NCBI GenBank assembly: GCA_951406725.2
Contig: OX597839.1
Span: 36,208,001 to 36,272,000, forward strand
Length of the DNA: 64,000 bases
Source of the DNA: Octopus vulgaris
Lineage: Eukaryota
Direction of reading: 5' to 3'
This document shows positions 13,040 to 27,769 of this stretch, in pieces (positions within the stretch are counted from its first letter, which is position 1; every line of letters starts with the position of its first letter). The position numbers were made by a program, and so were the translations under genes. The notes beneath the pieces were generated by a model that was not told the origin of the DNA, did no database searches, and was given only the letters and a program-made list of their open reading frames with translations.

Positions 13040-13810
13040 TAAAATACATTAAACTGGTGTGTGTGTATAATATACATTAACCCTTTAGTGTTCAGAATAC
13101 TCTGTTAAATGTAATACTTTTTCACTCAAATTGTTTTGAATTAATCATGCATTATCTTATAGCTTTGAGGTTTCAATGATGTGATTGTTTATTTTCAGAA
13201 TGGCATTGTAGGTTAGGAGTGAGAGGCTAGATATTGCCAGTTTGAATATAAAACATATAGAATATATTGGGCCGGATTTGGCCGGTTTAAACACTAAAGG
13301 GTTAAACTGGTGTGTGTGTGTGTGTGTGTGTGTGTATAATATACATTAAACTGGTGTGTGTGTGTGTGTGTATAATATACATTAAACTGGTGTGTGTGTG
13401 TGTGTGTATAATATACATTAAACTGGTGTGTGTGTGTGTGTATAATATACATTAAACTGGTGTGTGTGTGTATAATATATATAAAGCTGTGTGTATATTA
13501 ATATATATTAAACTGCATAAAACTGTGTGTGTAGTAATATATATTAAACTGTGTATATAACATACATTAGACTAGTGTGTATATATATGTAGTATACATT
13601 AAATTGTGATGTATGTGTATAATATATAAATCTGTGGTGTGTAATGTTAAATTTCGATATGTGTATAATGCATATTAAACTGGTTTGTGTATATATGTGG
13701 TGTGCGTATGTATGTGTGTGTGTGTGTGTGTAATACACATTAAACTGTACTGTATGTGTGTGTATGTATTATAGATTAAACTGTGGTGTGTGTGTATGTG
13801 TGTGTGTGTG
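13040..13810. repeat. Compound minisatellite tataatatacattaaactgg(tg)n
   Basis: Repeated units with variable (TG)n, decaying to the right. Confidence 0.9.
13081..13301 (+). mobile_element. piggyBac-type MITE family B
   Basis: TTAA|ccctttagtgtt ... aacactaaaggg|TTAA; 221 bp; inserted in a minisatellite. Confidence 0.92.
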
Positions 13811-14973
13811 TAGCATCACATCTGAAACTAGTGTGTAGGTGCTGCTGTATGTGTGTATATATATATAATAGCCGCACATGCTGTAGATATAGCTTTGTTA
13901 TGCATGTATACGCAATCACATATTAAAACTGCAATGTGTAGACAAAGGTTGTGTATGAGTGTTGTCTGTGGTGGTGTGTGTGCGTTGAATATAGCTTAAG
14001 TTGTCTTCTGCTGATGGTGTGATGGTGTTGGTGTGTGGATGCATTGTGGCGGTGTGTTGTGTTGTGTTGTGCTGTGGTGGAGCTTAGCCATTTGTGCTGA
14101 GACTGTATATGTCTTCTGAAACGTAATAATAAGCAAAATCCATTGTAACGAAATAGAGGGCAGCAGGTATTTTGCCATGTTAGTAGTCCAGCTGGTGCTA
14201 CACACACACACACACACACACACATGCACACACACATGCACACACACACACACACTTCTTCTTCGCTGAGAAGCTTTTAGCTGTAAATCTTGGTCGCCTG
14301 GTCTATTGTTAGTGTTGTAATAGCAGCTTGGCTCCTAGCTAGACACCTTTCCTCCCTCACTTCACCAACTCATTCAGAGAATGACTCATTCTTTTATGTC
14401 CAAGTTTCTTTCCATTACCAGCAGCTTTATTATTATTATTATTATTATCAGTTATCATCATCATCATCATCATCACTACCATCAGTATTATTATTAGAGC
14501 TTTTAGCTGTGTTAGTGCCAGATATTTATTTATGTGGTGTTACGGTCTTTCAGAAAGGCATGAACACCACATCTTAATTCTTTCACAAAATTGTATGCCC
14601 ACCCCTCATGACACCTTTTTATAAATTAAATTAATTTCTGGTAATTGTTTATAAATAATAATTTATATTTCCCTCTGTGTGTTTGTGTGTGTGTATATGT
14701 GTGTATGCATGCATGTATGTGAATGTGTGTATATACATATATGTATTTGTGTGTGTGTGCATATGTGTATGTATTGTATATGTACATATAAATACGCATG
14801 TATGTGAATGTGTATATATGCTTGTGTAGTGTATATATACATATTACACTCTCAAACACACATATATACATACATACATACATATATACATACATACACA
14901 CATACATACATACATAGATACATATATATATATATATATACATACACACACACATACACACATATATACTCAA

Positions 14974-15028
<55 letters not shown>

Positions 15029-15725
15029 CATACATACATACATATATAGACAAACACGTATATTGTGCTGCTACAAGCATAATAATAATTGTAATCATTT
15101 TAAAGAAGAATGATGTGTTAAACAGAGATGGAGAGAGATGGGGGAGAGGATTTTATTTTCCATTTCAGCCCCACTCCTCCTCAAAATTGAGGTGTCCTGC
15201 AAAGGCCTATGACATTAGCCTCCTCCCAGTGAAATCAATAAATATATTCACTCATCTCTGTCTATATACTTATCTACATTTATATGAATGTTCACACACA
15301 GTGTATGTGTGTGTGTGTTATGTAAAAGTACTGTTGTCGTGTCTGTATATAAAGTACAGTTTCCGTCTGTGTGTTTGAGTGTTTTTTTATTAGCACTATC
15401 ATATAACCAAAAGGATTGGGGTCTTGGAGATCACAGTATCACATAATTCCTGGCAATAATAATATCTCTAATTCCCAACCTTGTAGTGCAAAAAAAAAAA
15501 ACAAAAAAAAAACCCCACCCAAAAAAAACCAAACAATTAAAAAAAAAAACCCCAGTCCTCCTCTTCATCTCCTTTATAGCAATACTGTGAAGTGTGAAGA
15601 ATAGTCAATTGTTTCAACAAAACTCTGTGTGTGTGTGTGTGCATTGTTACTTGCTGTTAATTTATGCTTGGTCTATTATTAACTTGTGTACATTCTCTAT
15701 TCATTTTTGTTAAAACTTCTATAGT

Positions 15726-15779
<54 letters not shown>

Positions 15780-16673
15780 CATACATTCATTAGAGACAGA
15801 GAGAGGGGGAGAGTGAGTAGTTGAATAATTAAAGTCTTCTCTGGTGATTGTATGCTATTCTTCTAATCAATGACATTTCTTTGCTAATATAGAATTGTGT
15901 TGAATGCAGCTATTTCTGTATCTGTGGTGGTTTAATATGCTACAGCTAAAGTCATTTTACTGCGTAGTAGCGGCAGAGAGTTGAGATGAATTTTCAGCTA
16001 TAGTGCAGAAAGCATAATATCACAGTTAATTATTCAGCAGTGTTGTCTAATTAACTCACATAAAATGGTTATTTCTATTTAAAAAAATAAATATGAATTC
16101 AAGAAAATACCCAACTCTATGCAGTTTATACACACACACACTTATCTATTTGGAGAAAATTTATATCAAATGCTTATTATTTCAAGCCTTGTGCCTCTAG
16201 AAAGAGTTATTATTATTATTATTATTATCAATATTATTAATCCTATTTCACTAATTATTTTGTTATAGCCCTTCATCTTCATCTTCAGATCTTGGGGGTC
16301 TTGGCTTTACCTTTCATCTTCCTGGAGGTTGACTTTCCACTGGAAGCTAGCTTTCTACCTCTTGTCTCTCTGGGGCTGTATCTAGAATATATCTTGAAAT
16401 ATCAAATATATCTAGAAATCATTTCTATCTAATCTGACTTGTGTGCTTGCCCCGAGTTCAGATCTCATCAAAGCTGCCTTTTGCTTTTCATCCTTTCGGG
16501 CTGATCAGATAAAAAAAAAAAGGTTAATATTTGTTCTCTGTGGGTCTTGTACCAATGTAAATAGCCTGGCAAATCTGTAAGATATTTAGCTTACAGTCAA
16601 GTGTTCACATCCCACTGTATCTGATTTATCTTTGAAGGTGATAAAATGAATACCATTTGTACAGGAGTATTAA

Positions 16674-16893
16674 CCCTTTGGTGTTCAAATTTCTCTGTTA
16701 AATGTAATACTTTTTCACTCAAATTGTTTTGAATTAATCATGCATTATGTTATAGCTTTAAGGTTTCAATGATATGATTGTTTATTTTTAGAGTGTCACT
16801 ATAGGTTAGGTGTGAGAGGCTAGATATGGCCAGTTTGAATATAAAACATGTAGGATATTTGGGCTTGATATGGCTGGTTTAAACACTAAAGGG
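16674..16893 (+). mobile_element. piggyBac-type MITE family B
   Basis: TTAA on both sides; TIR ccctttggtgtt/aacactaaaggg. Confidence 0.9.
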
Positions 16894-18351
16894 TTAATGA
16901 TATTCCTTCCTTACAAATCATGTGACTGAAAAATTATTGGTGTTGCTGTTGTATCAGGAGTAGTGTGCTTGTAGGACAGTTGGTGCTGTAGTATCTAAAA
17001 AACAGTCGAAAGCCAAGCGTATCCCAAGTTCAGATTAAGCAGAAATTGGTTTCAGTTTTCATCCCTCAGTGGCTAATAAAAGTACCCTTAATACACTGGA
17101 ATCAGTGTTATTTAATTAACCTCCACTCTAGGTTCTGTTGCTGTGGAATAAGCCATTACCAGCATCTCTCTTCTCTCTGATGCAATGTGTATTATTATCA
17201 TCATCAACCATATCTACATTGAATATCTGAAGTAGTTCCAGAATAAATGCTGTATAAACTGATTTAAATGAACATTGTTCCTTTTTAGTTTAAGTGAAAC
17301 TGAAGAGAGAGTTGTTTAGAAGAATGTCCTTAGCTTCAGACTTTCCTTGCTAAAAGTGGTTGGTGTAAATATTTAAATTATGTCTATTGCCACTGACTCC
17401 CCACTCACTCGTATTTCAAAAAGGACAGGGATTGGCGTCGTTAACTGTCAACAAAGTTTCGATGCATTAACTGTTAATTCAGTTGTAAGCATTTCAGTTG
17501 GAACATTTCTTTAAACATTGTCACAAATTTGTGGTTCAAAAACAATGCTAAAGCATCTTCTTGCAACAAATTTGTTAACAATTCAAAATCTATGATGAAA
17601 CTTAAAATATATTTTAGAATGTTCATCAAGGTGAAAGAGTAGACTTATTTTCTTTTTCAATGAATTGAATTAAGTTTAGTTTAAAAATCTGAAAGAAGAC
17701 ATCTATCTAAAATTCAGTTTCTATAGAATATTTACAGAGGTAATTATGACTGATTTTTGAAATCTCTTCAGATTTAAGTTATGTCAACAGATCACTGAAC
17801 TGGAACGACTCCAGTTTCCCCCCTTGCCAAATTTATGTCTCTGGGTAAGGAAGGCTTGATCACAGTATTTGCTAAAGTTTACCAATGAAGACATAAGATG
17901 AGAGTTAACCTTTTTGATTTCAAACTGTCTGATATCAGCCCTTGCTTTAAAAGTGAAATAAATTAAAAATCTTGCATTAAAATTTCATGTTGATTCAAGT
18001 TCCAAATACCAATCCTTCATTATTTGTAAAATTAAAACAAAGTCAAGCAGAAATATGGTAACAAAAGGCTTAAAGTGATCAAAATTTCCTGTTAATTTAT
18101 GTTTTAAACACTAGTTTAATAATGAAAGTTATTTCCCTAAATTCTTTATTCTTTTACAAAATTTATTGAACAAAGCGTATTTCAACAGTGATAGGGTATC
18201 AAAAGTGTTGGTGGTTTCTCATATTAATGTTGTCTCATTGGGTTATGGAATTGACCAAAATATACAAAGATTGTTATTGTCAGAATGGCTTTTCTTTTCT
18301 GTCAACGTGAAAAACATTTTCTTATACGCACTTTTTATATTTTTTTTACAG

Positions 18352-18633
18352 CTATGGAAAAATCCAGAATGTGAAGTTTCATCCCAAGAAGGAAAATGAA
18401 GTTGGTATTAGTGCAACAGTGGCATTTATGGACATTAAATGTGCCTCCAAGGCATACAGCTCAGAAAACAAAATAGAAAATGTAATATTACGGACAGAAT
18501 ACAGTGAAGGGACTGCTACGGGCAGTGTAGTAACAAGACCAGTCGATCCTGGATTGACTACGACAGCAACCCATCGAGGACAATACTTACATACTCGGGT
18601 ACCATCAACAAGTTTCACATCTCGAACAAAAGG
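18352..18633 (+). CDS. spen: Internal coding exon (probably exon 2) of a SPEN/split ends (SHARP/MINT) homolog; C-terminal part of RRM1 plus linker
   Basis: Polypyrimidine tract and acceptor (ttttttttacag| ending 18351); donor |gtaagt at 18634. Open frame YGKIQNVKFHPKKENEVGISATVAFMDIKCASKAYSSENKIENVILRTEYSEG aligns by eye to the remembered human SPEN N-terminus YGRVESVKILPKRGSEGGVAAFVDFVDIKSAQKAHNSVNKMGDRDLRTDYNEP. The exon starts just before YG in phase 2, as I recall for vertebrate SPEN exon 2. 282 nt, phase 2-2. Confidence 0.9.
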
Positions 18634-18732
18634 GTAAGTCACCCTCCATGTTGGTTTATGGCTTGCTGAAGCCAGAAACCAAATGTGTTGGCTCTTCTAA
18701 AAAATGCCATTCTTGTGTCGTCGACGCTAGAA

Positions 18733-18765
<33 letters not shown>

Positions 18766-21700
18766 GCTGTTTGTCATCGTTTTAGTTTTAATTGCACATT
18801 CTTACTACCCAAATGTAACATCACCAGACACTCACTTCCCCCCAACTCCACTGCAAAGCACTGTCCTCCTCACTTAATTAGAAATACATTGATTAGTGTC
18901 TTTTTTTGATTTCTTAGGAGAAAAGAAAAAGAAACTCTAAATATTTAAACTCGTTCATTTAGATTTCATTGGAAACAAAACAAAAGCTAAATTGTAATTT
19001 GGCTGTTTTTGGTTATGGCCATGTTTAAGGAAAAAAATCACAAACTAACACATGCACATACACACACAGACATACACATGCACACACATACACACACACA
19101 CACACACACACTCACGGTAGTGTTGTGCATCATTAGTGATATGTTTTCTTGATTGTTGGTGAAGTTTTGACTTGTATTTTCTCTTGTACTGTTTGTTGTC
19201 TCCATCATTTCATTATTTCTGCAATTTCTCTCTTTCCTCCACACACCATCTTTCATTGTTCCTGCAGTTCTCTCTCTTTCTTACCCTTTCTGAAACACAC
19301 CATCTTTTCAATTTATGATGTAAAATTCTTACACACTTTTTTCTACTTGTATTGTGTTCACCATTTTTTCTTTTAGTGTTTTGGATCTTGATTTTCTTAA
19401 AGATTTGGATTCTTTACTTCAGCAATCTGTTGGATGTACGGGAATATTTCTTATTGCACAAATGTCCTTCCATTTCTCTCATCCTTCATCCAATGTTATA
19501 TATACTTAAAAAACAAGCAAATGAAAACCTGAATAAAAAAAATGTCAAACTAAATGAGAAACACCCCATTTGAGGTCTTCGCCATAATCTAGCTTAATCA
19601 AGGAGCACTAATGCTGGATTACTAAAACAGGTAAAGTTTTTTGAGGGCAATTACATGTGTGGATTAACCATTGTAAATGGTATTATTTACATAGCAGAAC
19701 ATCATGGATACCAATGTCTGGAGTAAAATATATCTATATATGTATATATATATATATGTATCAGAATCAGCGTTTTTATGGAATTACCATTACTAAAAAG
19801 ATCTAAGAGATCATTAACTCACTGCCGTGTGTTAATATTCTAGCAAATCTGGTTAACCCTTGAAGGATTTTTGGAGTGTAAATTGGATTTTTACATGACT
19901 GGATACAAATGTACATCTGGCGCCATGTGGAGTTTCAATGCTTACTCATTGATGAGGAGTACATAAAATATTGGAATTGCCATTTCCTACCCCTCCTCTC
20001 ATCTGGAATTCTTATCACTGAATCATGTCAATAAAAAACCACACACACAAAGGATTGTTACAATTTAATCTGGGCCATCGTTTTATTGGAATTTAATGCA
20101 TTCTGTGGATTACCACTGAAATAGTGTATTGAGAATTACCTGGGAGTTGTACCATTGTTTTTAATACTGGGAGCTTTTACATGCAGGTGGAACAGCAACA
20201 ACAACAGGTGGTTGGTCAGCTACTCAGACGGTAAGTACGAAGCAGGTACTGATGGACCAGTTGCATGACCAAAAACTGTTCAACTCTTCTTAATCTTAAG
20301 TCTACTGGACCCGAAAGGAAACCAAGTCCAACAATCTAGCACTGGATGAATTTCCCTCCCCAGAAATCTCCGCAAAAGTTTTAGCCAACATGTTACATTG
20401 TTATTTTATGTTCTTCATTTCTGTTTCCTCTCTAGCCTCGTATTGTATTTATTTACAATAATATTTCCCCCCTGCCTCTAATGGTATCAATGTTTCTAAT
20501 GCAGTAAACTCCACAGAAATTTTAAAGTAGTGCTGTCTGTTATTTTTGTATGTCCAAAGCTAGAATTAGTTATTAATGTTGGCACCAGTTTTAACTTTGT
20601 ATAATTTACACTAGCATGGTTACGATCTTAATTAACAGCACTGCACTTTTTATTATATGGAGCCTTCTTTTTCAGCTGCCAGTCATCATGTTGATATATC
20701 CATAGTAATAGAAGTGAGTGTATAATCTAGTTTTGAAAGTATTGGCTGAACACATCACCGAAGACTGTTACAACATACAGGAAGGGGAAAAAAAAACATG
20801 AAACTTGGGAATTGTGGGAGACACTCACAGCTACAATATCTGATCTTGGAATATTTACTTAAAATGAATTTTATTAAAAAAAAACAAAACAAAAAACAAT
20901 ATATGTCAGAAAATTAATAATTGCTGTTAAAATTCTATTATTTATTGTTGCAAAGTTGAAAAGATGTGTGTTGCTGATTGTGTCACAAAAGTTTCCATGC
21001 TTCCAGGGGCATCTCATCTAAACTTTCTGTCGATGAATGAAAATAATTTAGTTTCACCAGCTGTTTAAAAAAAGTTGTAAATCTAATTAACTAAGACCCC
21101 CCCACACTCCTCCCCATGCGTCTAACCTTAAAGCATAAAGTCAATAAAACTAAATCTGTGTTTAGTGGAATGAGTTAAGATGTAATGAACATTTCGCTTT
21201 CTTTCTAATTTCGTCTGTCATTGCATTCCTTCCATTATAAATAGTTTCTTTTGTCTAATTACCAGGATATGTCTATAGAATAAGATCTTCGTTTGTGTTA
21301 ATTATTTTGTTGATTCGCTTGTTTTCAGTTAAGCTCCTCTCCAAGAACATAACATTACACAATCTAAATATATATACATCAGTTAGTATCGTATCAAGTT
21401 CTGTATTTAATAATTATCAGAATGGTGCCTATCAGCTCCAGGAATGATACAAAGTCGATGACCTTGTGATGGCAAGAACCATTGTATTGTTGCAGCCGTT
21501 AATGTTTTTATTTTTATAAATAACATTATAAAGTCCAGTACAACAAATGTTTTTTTGCTCAGTTTTATTTGTTTATTATTCTTTTTTTTTTAATTTTTTT
21601 TTTACAAAGATTCTTTAAAGATAGACATTGATTTATTTCATTTGAGTTTTGCTTTCATGTTTGAAACGGTCATGTTCAACTGTAAGTCTTCAAGACATAT

Positions 21701-22673
21701 TTATAACAAAACAGGAAAGTGGAAAATTTTTTTCATATTATTTATTTTCCACTACAAGTGTTTCATTTGTCAATAGGAATCGCAAAGATTTACATGTTAG
21801 ATAGACATATAAGGAATTTCCTTTTTAGAAATTTGTCAGACAGAAAAATTATAATAATTCAAGGGGAAACAGCTGGGATTTACCCTAACTACTTATATAT
21901 ATATATATATATATATATAAATTCTTTCATCAGTTAATTTACAGGAAATGGTTTGTAATTTTCCAAGAAAAAAATATACTAAAAAGCAAAAAGCCTGTTA
22001 CATGTATTTTCAACAAATCTGTGTGCCCTAGTTTTCTGCCGTCACTACTCCCTGTCTGCCAATTGCTGTCCTGTTTGTCAATATTACTTCCATGTGTGTG
22101 TTGTTACTGTCTCTTTGCCTACATATGACAGTTGTAAATGAATGTCCCTGTCATGTAAGCAGTGTCCTCCATGTCCAGTCTTCCATGAGGGTTGGTGACA
22201 GGAAGTGCACCTGGCTGTAGAAAATCTGTGCCCCACAAATTCCGTTGGGCATTAAATGATAATGATGAGGATATCCACCAAAGGATCAAGTAACTGTATT
22301 CTCTGTTATCGGTGTCTTTCATTCTAAATGGTTGTTTTCTGGTTTAAATGTCTCAAATTCCTTTCGTCTTAATTATTCCTTCTGACTCTCCTAGAGTTTA
22401 AATTTGAAATAAAATCTCAGATAAATAATCATTATCAAAAAAGCAAAGGTAAAAATTGGTCAGATTCATAAACTGGAGGAATTTTCCATGAATGCTTTTT
22501 TTTTTTTTTTTTTACATGAAAGTTAAATAGTTAAATGTGTAGCAATATTTACATTTTGTGCAATGAGTGAAAAATGGTAAATTAAAATTAAGGTAGAGAG
22601 AGGAAGAAGAAGTAAAAAAAAGCTTAATTATGTATTTCAGTTACAAAAAACTGGAGAAATTTATGAAGGCAGT

Positions 22674-22731
<58 letters not shown>

Positions 22732-24844
22732 CGATGTGGAGAAATGAGTTTGGTGACAACTCCAAACATGTTTTGGTCTTATCAGATATCATTAGCAAAG
22801 GTGGCTGGGAAAAATATAAGATTTTTGAGTGACTAAACCGTTGTTCTCTTCTCCTTTGCCGTCAGTTACGTTTGCCTACTAGTTGTGAGTTGGCAATTAA
22901 TTAAATCAAGTCAGTAAGTGCTGACGTGGAAGTAGAGGAGGTGAGGAGGGAAGTCAACCAACAAGTGCTGAAAGGTTATGACAAAATCTGTCTGTCTTTA
23001 AATGTTAGCTAGATACTCAAGGTAAATCGGATTAAATTTGGCAGTTAATCTGTGGGAATGGTAGGACAGTATTGATAGTTTGGTTGCTACCCTCCTTTGT
23101 CTTCATTGTAACTTGAAAATATTTCATAGGAAGAAATATAAGGTTTACGTACATAACTCTGAAGTTCAGTACAAAGAAATGTGATGCTGTCTTTATACGG
23201 TGAGAGACTTGAGGTAAGAATATGGTTTGAAAGCTATTGAGACACTTAGCATTGTCTACTTTTAATGGTCTACTTTTCCATGCTTGGGTGGGTCAGAGAC
23301 AGTTCGTTGAGGTAGATTTTTCTATGGCTGGATGCCCTTCCTGTTGCCAACCCTCACTGTTTCGTAGCCTATTGAACAAGCAACTCGAATATGGTTTGTT
23401 GCTTGAATAGATTAAGGTGATTGCGTCAATTAAAAAAAATACTGGTCTGGGTTGATATTATATAAGTGAGAAATATTCAGAGTAGAGGTGGTCAAAATGT
23501 GTCCTAGAATGAATTGTGCTGTGAACTTGTTACAGATCTAGTCTACATTATAGGCTTAGGTGTGGCTCTGTGGTTAAGAAGCTCATTTTGCAACTGTGTG
23601 CTTTCCACCTCAGTCTCACGGTATAGCTTTTTTGGGCAAAGTGCCTTCTACTGTAGCTCAAGGTCAACCAATGCCTTGTGAGTGAATTTAGTAGATGAAA
23701 ACTGCATGGAAGCTTGTTGTGTGTGATAGTGTGTCTTTGTCCTTGACTGCTACTTGAGAGCTGGTCCCTGTGGCTTTGGTTTGGCAAAAGAGACCGACAG
23801 AATAAGGAGTGTCAGGGCTGATTTTTCTTGTTAATTTTATTTTCTAAGTACCAAAGTTATTTCCATAAATATTTATTTTTGGAATAAATTGTAACAGAGG
23901 TGGTGTGTTTCAACTGAAATACAACAAAGGGTTTTATCAAATTTAGTATGTTAGGTTTTAGAAGCAGGGGGTTCTATAACGTAATATTTTAGTTGTGATG
24001 GTCTTGTCCTATAGTTTAGTGTCAACTTAGCTGTTTTTTGTCCTATTCTTAACAAGCTGGGAACAGATGGCTTCGGCAGATGGCAGAAAAGATTTGATTG
24101 CTGCTACAACAAATTGGGCTGACATACTTAGAATGCTGAATAACACATACTTCCTCGTTTGTTCATAAAGTTTGTGGTTGTTGTCTGCTTGTCTGGTGTC
24201 TGTTGTTATTTAGGCAAACTCTTGGAAGAAATCCAACACGAAATCTACAGATAGTAGCTTCTGAATGGTTGAACAATTGTTCTTTTTTTATTTGGGGAAG
24301 AAAGGTGCCCCCCCCCAACTCCCCACAGAAGTGGAGGTCTTCTCTGACGTAGATAATTTCATGAAATACCATACATACCATGAAATAAATAAATAAGATA
24401 TATTGGTTATGGACCAAAGCTAATTGAAGAGTTATATAAAGTGATTCAGTTTAAGGTTTTTTTTTCTTTATTGTTGTTGACTTTAGGGGTTTCAGATCTC
24501 TTCCTCTCCTTCACACATTGTCAGGAGTATTGCTTTACATAAGGGCCGCTGCCATTTATGGTACCCCATCTTAATAATGCAGTCACAATAAGATGAAGTA
24601 TAAAATGGACATAAACATGGCATTAAAAGATATATTTGCTTTATGAAGGTATTTTCTGGTTGTTTTAGCCTGTACTTCATTGTCTGGTTTTTCTAGTAAT
24701 TAGTTACCAAATCAGCAATTCTGTCTTCCATAATGTGAAAGTAGAGTTTGCTTGTTTTTAGAATGCAACTGTAAAGGATTTTGTACCAGGTTGATGTATA
24801 CATATTTCTTTTTGTGGGTAATTCGAGTATGGGGCAACATTCAC

Positions 24845-24970
24845 CTCACTTCACTTGTTCCACCTACCCCCTCACTCGACTGTTCCACCTCTCCCTCACT
24901 CGACTGTTCCATATCCTCCTCACTCGACTTCCATCTCCCCCTCACCTGACTGTTCTACCCTCACTCCTTC
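24845..24970. repeat. ~24-bp tandem repeat ccctcactcgactgttccacctct
   Basis: Four to five degenerate units. Confidence 0.75.
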
Positions 24971-25314
24971 ATTCCACTGTATGCTTCACCTTCTGTGACT
25001 TAGTCTTAATTATCGTTGTTTAGTATTTGTTTTCCAGGCTGAGTATGGGTTGTCGGTTTGACAGAATCCAGAGAACTGCAGGGCTGAGTTGAGCTTCAGT
25101 GTTGCTTTGACAAGGTTTTTATAGCTAGATACCCTTCTTAATACCGGCCACTTTGCTGTATGTGCTGGGTACTATTTTCATACTACCAGCAGCTCTATTA
25201 AATTTACAAAGTAACTCGCAAGAGGAGAAAATGGGGAAGAAAATAAAGCTCACTCAACTAAATGGGGGCTGTGCGTGTGTGTGTGTATGCGCTATTTGTC
25301 AGGGGTAAGTTATA

Positions 25315-25541
25315 TATTTCTTTACTACCCACAAGTGGCTAAACACAGAGGGGACAAACAAGGACAAGACAAACGGATTAAGTCGATTACATCGACCCCA
25401 GTGCGTAACTGGTACTTAATTTATCGACCCCTGAAAGGATAAGTCGACCTCGGCAGAATTTGAACTCAGAACGTAACGGCAGGCGAAATACGGCTACGCA
25501 TTTTGTCCGGCGTGCTAACGTTTCTGCCAGCTCGCCACCTT
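25315..25541 (-). mobile_element. SINE family 2
   Basis: Full-length; TSD taagttata at 25306-25314 and 25542-25550. Confidence 0.88.
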
Positions 25542-26100
25542 TAAGTTATAGATTAGAATTACTATTGATCCTATTTACTTTTTTAGTAAATAATTTTCCA
25601 AGTCTCCAACAAGAATAGGAATTACTGAAGTGAATCTGATGATGACAATGAAAGACATTGACCAGAGAGTAAAACATTGAAGGTGCAATTGTTCTGGTAC
25701 ATCAGTGGTATAGGGGGAATTAACAATTGGCAACACTAGCATTAAGTCCAGGTGTTGTAATTGTTAGGTTTTTGATATTTAATAGCATAACTTTCAAAAA
25801 CATTTGGATTAATAGCCATGAGGTTTGCTCCTCAAATGAACTTCTTTACTACTTTTATTGTCTTCAAATTCTTTTGATATCAATTTGCCTGACACAGCTC
25901 ATAGTTTTATGATGAATTCCCTGTTTTAAAGTAATCTAAATTAAAAACCATCATCCAGAATTTTGTATTAATATTCATTCAAACACCAGCTTAATAATGA
26001 CAGTTACTTTACTTCTGAATTGAATTGAATCAAAAGCAGTATATTTCAAAGAAATTCTATGTTCATTTATGTTTTAAACACCAACTTTAATAATAATAAT

Positions 26101-26400
26101 CATCATCATCATCGTTTAACATCCATTTTCCATGCTGATGACATGGGTTGGACGGTTTTGACTGAGGACTGGCAAGCCAGAAGCTCACACCAGGCTCCAA
26201 TCTGATCTGGCAGAGTTTCTACAGCTGGATGCCCTTCCTGACGCCAACCACTCCAAAAGTGTAGTGGGTGTTTTTTATGTGCCACCGGCATGGGAGCCAG
26301 TCAGGCAGCACTGGCTTTGGTCATGTTCAGATGGCGCTTTTTACATGCTACCGGCACAGGAGCCAGTGGTGGTGGTGGTGGAGGGGCTGGCAGCGAGACA
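26101..26400 (-). mobile_element. (GAT)n-tailed SINE/RTE-tail element, inserted in MITE family C sequence
   Basis: Reverse complement of 222-523. Confidence 0.75.
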
Positions 26401-26989
26401 GGTTATTTTGCTGAATTTTTCATGCTTGTCAAAATTAATCTAAACATAGGGCAGTGTGTTTCAACAGAACTCTGGTGACAAAAGGGTTAATAACCTCTCA
26501 GTTCTTGTCGCCATGTGTAAAATGTTGTATGTTCATTAAGATAAAAATTTCACTAATATCACTTATTGCTGTGTGTGTGTGTGTGTGTTAGATATGACTG
26601 GACTTGTAAAAAGAAGTGTTATACTTCATGACACAAAAACATCCTTTGACCATTTCATATTCTTATCGCTGTCCTAAGCAAATATGTCCTGCACTGATAA
26701 CAGTTTGACTTTGAAACAGTATCTTAGATGAAGATTGATGATATTTATGTTTCTTTCTGAACTTTGTTTGCAGTTTACAGTTCAGTTGACTGAGAGATAA
26801 AAGAATCTAATTTTGAATGGCAGTTGTGAACACACAAGCATCTGGTGGTGGTGGGGATGTTTTTTTTATTGTTTTCACAACAAGTTAAAAGTTCAACATC
26901 TATCATTTCACAACAAAAACACAATCTAATTTTGAAATGTAGTCAAAACATTTCTCCAAAGGTGATTAACCACTATGTAAAACTAGGAT

Positions 26990-27245
26990 AAAGCTCCTTT
27001 CTGAGCCCTATGGACTGATAGGGCCAGTTTCCCAGATTCTCTGGTGCTCCCCACTCCACCTGCCCCAAACACAAATGGTCTGCTGATCTGTCTGAGGAAT
27101 GGCTATTTTTGCCAGCTGAGCAGACTGGAGCGATGTGAAATGAAGTGTTTCACTGAAGAACACAAAACGTCACCCAGTCCAGGAATTGAAATCACAATCT
27201 TTCGATTTCAAGTCCAACAACCAAACCTCTAAGTCACGAGCCTCC
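26990..27245 (-). mobile_element. Old tRNA-derived SINE with a family-3-like head/core and a different tail
   Basis: aagtgtttcactgaagaacacaa...ccagtccaggaattgaaatcacaatc resembles the reverse complement of the family 3 head. Confidence 0.6.
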
Positions 27246-27769
27246 ACTTATGAAAAACTATGGATTGTTGAATTTTCGAATTATACACTTGTCAGAAATG
27301 AAGACTCCAATATTTGGTTTTAACAAAGAGTGTTCCAGCTGTTTAATCAACCAAACTCCTTGCAATGTTAATGGTTGAATATTCCACAGACACATCAGTT
27401 CTGTATAACAACAACAGCTGATGTAATTGTTGGTCGATTTCTCTAGTTTCGCTTTTTATTGAATGAGGATGTGAGAGAGTAAGAGAGATACAGACTTAAC
27501 ATAAGACGTGTAAGGTGAGTAGAGAGAAATAGTTATGGAGACAGGAGGAGGAGGAGGAGAAGAGAGTGTGAGTGACAGAGTATCTATGGAGGAGTTACAC
27601 AAATGTTATTCAGTCTTATTTAAGGTAATAAATATTTTCCTTTATGAAAAATTACCATTGGTCTAATTCATTTTGAATAAGCACCAAGAAATTTGAGGGA
27701 AGTTAAATAATAGTGATTGTATGTCTGTCATATTTCCTGATATCATATTATCCATGGAGGGCATTAGTT

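Noticed and set aside
18379-18642. Antisense 87-aa ORF over the spen exon
   Set aside because: Shadow of the real exon; no independent signals.
20187-20230. Possible 44-nt cassette exon (tgcag|...gacg|gtaagt)
   Set aside because: Weak pyrimidine tract, frameshifting length and no SPEN similarity; cannot be supported without RNA data.
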